DNA from: Octopus sinensis
Lineage: Eukaryota
Direction: 5' to 3'
Assembly: GCF_006345805.1 (NCBI RefSeq)
Contig: NW_021827791.1
Span: 1-9,903 of the forward strand
DNA: 9,903 bases
Under the pieces are notes generated by a model. The model was not told the DNA's origin. It worked only from the letters and a program-made list of their open reading frames with translations, and did not search any database. Below are positions 7,872 to 9,903 of this stretch, one piece after another (the stretch's first letter is position 1; every line of letters begins with the position of its first letter). The position numbers and the translations under genes are program-made.

Positions 7872-8470
7872 ATGGTATAGATAAAAAAGAGGACATTAAT
7901 TAATTGTACAAATAATAATCATTAAAAACAAACTCTAATGATTAAATGACGCACACGATGTTTTATTTAATTCTTAGAAATAAAAGACAAATATACTGCA
8001 ATTTCTTAAATCCGTCGCTTTTCGATTCAGCTTCTTTTAATTATTTCGATGGATTATTTAAAATCCTCTCTTCAAATTAATCAAAATTTTAAAATATTTA
8101 TTACACGCATCATTGTAATTGTGACGGATTGTGTTAAACTTTTTAGCAACAAAAAATTTCTATACTATGCTATATTTCGGTGACCCATTTGTTTCTGCTT
8201 CTCAATTTTCCAAGATTTTTTTCTTTTTCTTCACGAGTAAAGAGAAAATTTCTCTGAAGATCTTAAATAAAATGGAACGTTTAAATGTGACAAATATCAA
8301 AAAATTTAAACATAACAACAATTCCAAAACTCAAATTTAATGAAACTGTTAAAGATTTTGACTTATTGAGTATTGAGTCATATTTAGATAGTCACTTATT
8401 TTTTTGTTAGATCTACAATTACATGTAGAAATTCTAATTTTCTCATTAATTGATAATCTAATTATGTGAC

Positions 8471-8506
8471 ATGGGCTGCGCGATACCTATGGGCCGCGTG
8501 ATACCT
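8471..8506. repeat. Tandem 2 x 18-bp GC-rich repeat
   Basis: ATGGGCTGCGCGATACCT followed by ATGGGCCGCGTGATACCT (2 mismatches). Confidence 0.85.
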
Positions 8507-8628
8507 GATATGACCTTGAAATGTGCAATTTTGACATTGATGGGATTAAATTATAAATCTTTTAATTTTTTTTTAAAGGAAACATAAATATTTGCAAGAA
8601 AGAAATTAAAGATAGCTATGTTAATTAA

Positions 8629-8809
8629 AGGCCTCACGAGACACCCGACCAGCCTCGCGAATGGCGAAGCCGTTCCCTCGGATCACAGCAATCGACAGAC
8701 GTTCCAGGAGCCAAGAAAACTCTCTTGAATCGTGACTAGTCTTTGAAATCCGTCGACCGAGCGAGTGAAGGAAGCGGAGTGTCTTGGGACCGAAGATCCA
8801 GGAGGACCT
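8629..8809. mobile_element. Possible Kolobok-like miniature non-autonomous element (181 bp)
   Basis: Sharply bounded GC-rich island flanked by TTAA (8625-8628 and 8810-8813), with ends AGGCCTC... and ...GAGGACCT forming a short imperfect TIR. AGG termini with TTAA fit Kolobok better than piggyBac (CC ends). Confidence 0.5.
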
Positions 8810-9286
8810 TTAATTAGACCGCGACTCATTCTTATCATTTAATAATTTACTAAATTAGCTAAAAACTCTCTCATTTTGAAAAAAAATTATATTTGTAGGA
8901 ATTTAATTATCAAAAATTAATTTTTTTGGTGGAAAACCTAAATTTCTTGAGTTATTTCTAGCGTGCAAGTATATTTTGCAGCAATGTCCTCGTACAAAGG
9001 TTATGTAAAGAATAGTTTGGAATATCAAATTTTAAAAGATGCTTTACAGGATAAATTTCCTGAACATCTTACAAAGCAAAAAAATATAGACTAGTTAAGA
9101 AAATTGAAAATTTTACTGTAATTGAAACTTAGAGGTAAAAAAAAACAAAAAAAAACTTAGAGGTATACGACAAAAAATAATCAAATTTATTGAAAAAGAA
9201 TACTATTCCAAATTTAAACTAATATTAAGAATATTAATTTTTTGTAAAATTGGCTCTCGAATCGATAGATTCGAATATATTAATAA

Positions 9287-9903
9287 CTAGCTCGGCAGCT
9301 CGCTTCGCTCACCGCGACCTAGCTCCTGCGGAGGGCCTGTTTCATCAAACAACTATAAGTTTATGTAGATGTATAAAACTACCTGGTTTAATGTAACCCT
9401 ATTCTATCGCCTGTTGATAAACGATGTTTGTCGTCCGTCCTTCCTTGGCATATATGAATAAATTTTCTCTTCTGCCTACCCTCGAGCATCCCACATACAG
9501 CTGTCCATGTGAAAAGCACTCACTCTCTAAAAATAACCCAACTACCTTTAATGACTGTCCCTGGGCCTTGTTTATTGTCATTGCAAAACTCATCCTCAAA
9601 GGAAATTGCAGCCTTTTAAATCTAAATGGTAATTCATCAGAAATTATCGGAATTCGTGGAATATAAACATCCTCACCTCTATACTTACCTGTTAATATCG
9701 TAGCCTCTATTACGTTAGCCATCAAATTTTTGATAACTAACCTCGTTCCGTTGCATAATTTAGGTGGCGCAAGATTTCGTAATAAAACCACTGGAACGCC
9801 TATCTTTAACTTTAAAAGATGATTCGGCATTCCAGAGGGATCTAAGGATTTTAAAAAATTCAATCCGGTTGAATTTTTAGAAAATAACAAAAAAATAAAG
9901 AAA
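9287..9903 (-). mobile_element. Helitron 3' portion, running off the right edge of the window
   Basis: A PIF1-type helicase C-terminus is followed about 110 nt downstream by a GC-rich imperfect hairpin (9293-9314) and a terminal CTAG (9290-9287) followed by T on the minus strand. Confidence 0.9.
9399..9870 (-). CDS. Helitron RepHel PIF1-like SF1 helicase C-terminal segment (partial)
   Basis: [82 protein letters not shown]. Homology breaks down above about 9870. Confidence 0.9.

Larger units (their letters stand above)
7224..7877 (+). mobile_element. Tc1/IS630-family non-autonomous element with long modular TIRs and a putative TA target duplication
   Basis: Ends read TA|TACCAT...ATGGTA|TA (TA at 7222-7223 and 7878-7879; the symmetry extends to 7219 and 7882). 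The interior has GPVTMVLDNAPAHN (DDE second-Asp motif, about 7510-7550) and a C-terminal LEQIIVDGMKTITSKDCVIFI ending at TGA 7759-7761. Confidence 0.8.

Noticed and set aside
8131-8340. 69-aa plus-strand ORF
   Set aside because: Non-ATG start, low-complexity AT-rich composition and no motif.
8755-8775. U3 snoRNA box B-like GAGCGAGTGAAG
   Set aside because: The match is imperfect and the other U3 boxes are not identifiable. TIR/TSD structure explains the island better.
8984-9094. 36-aa small ORF MSSYKGYVKN...
   Set aside because: Too short and unrecognisable. It might be an orphan exon but nothing supports that.
9424-9666. 80-aa plus-strand ORF
   Set aside because: It is antisense to the Helitron helicase.

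Overview
AT-rich eukaryotic genomic DNA in the standard genetic code, with densely spaced, very short (24-31 nt) GT-AG introns. The introns and a LIMK/TESK-type kinase suggest a reduced parasitic animal such as a myxozoan or dicyemid; this is inference and the taxon is not determined. The window holds two host genes. One is a broken DNA polymerase delta catalytic subunit (POLD1) copy on +, about 336-3638: a truncated MULE remnant stands where about 150-160 exonuclease-domain codons should be, and there are several frameshifts and a YGDTDS>YGDIDS change. The other is an apparently intact LIMK/TESK-like kinase on -, 6042 to about 7105/7150. Roughly 40% of the window is remnants of up to six transposon groups: MULE (685-1559); a Ginger-like integrase element with 36-bp TIRs, 5-bp TSD, deleted DDE core and its own 26-nt intron (3664-4950); an RLE-type non-LTR 3' fragment (about 5350-5830); a Tc1/IS630 derivative with TIRs built from 21-bp tandem units (7224-7877); a possible Kolobok-like TTAA-flanked miniature element (8629-8809); and a Helitron 3' end with the PIF1 helicase C-terminus (9287-9903). 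All family assignments come from motif recognition by eye, not database searches.
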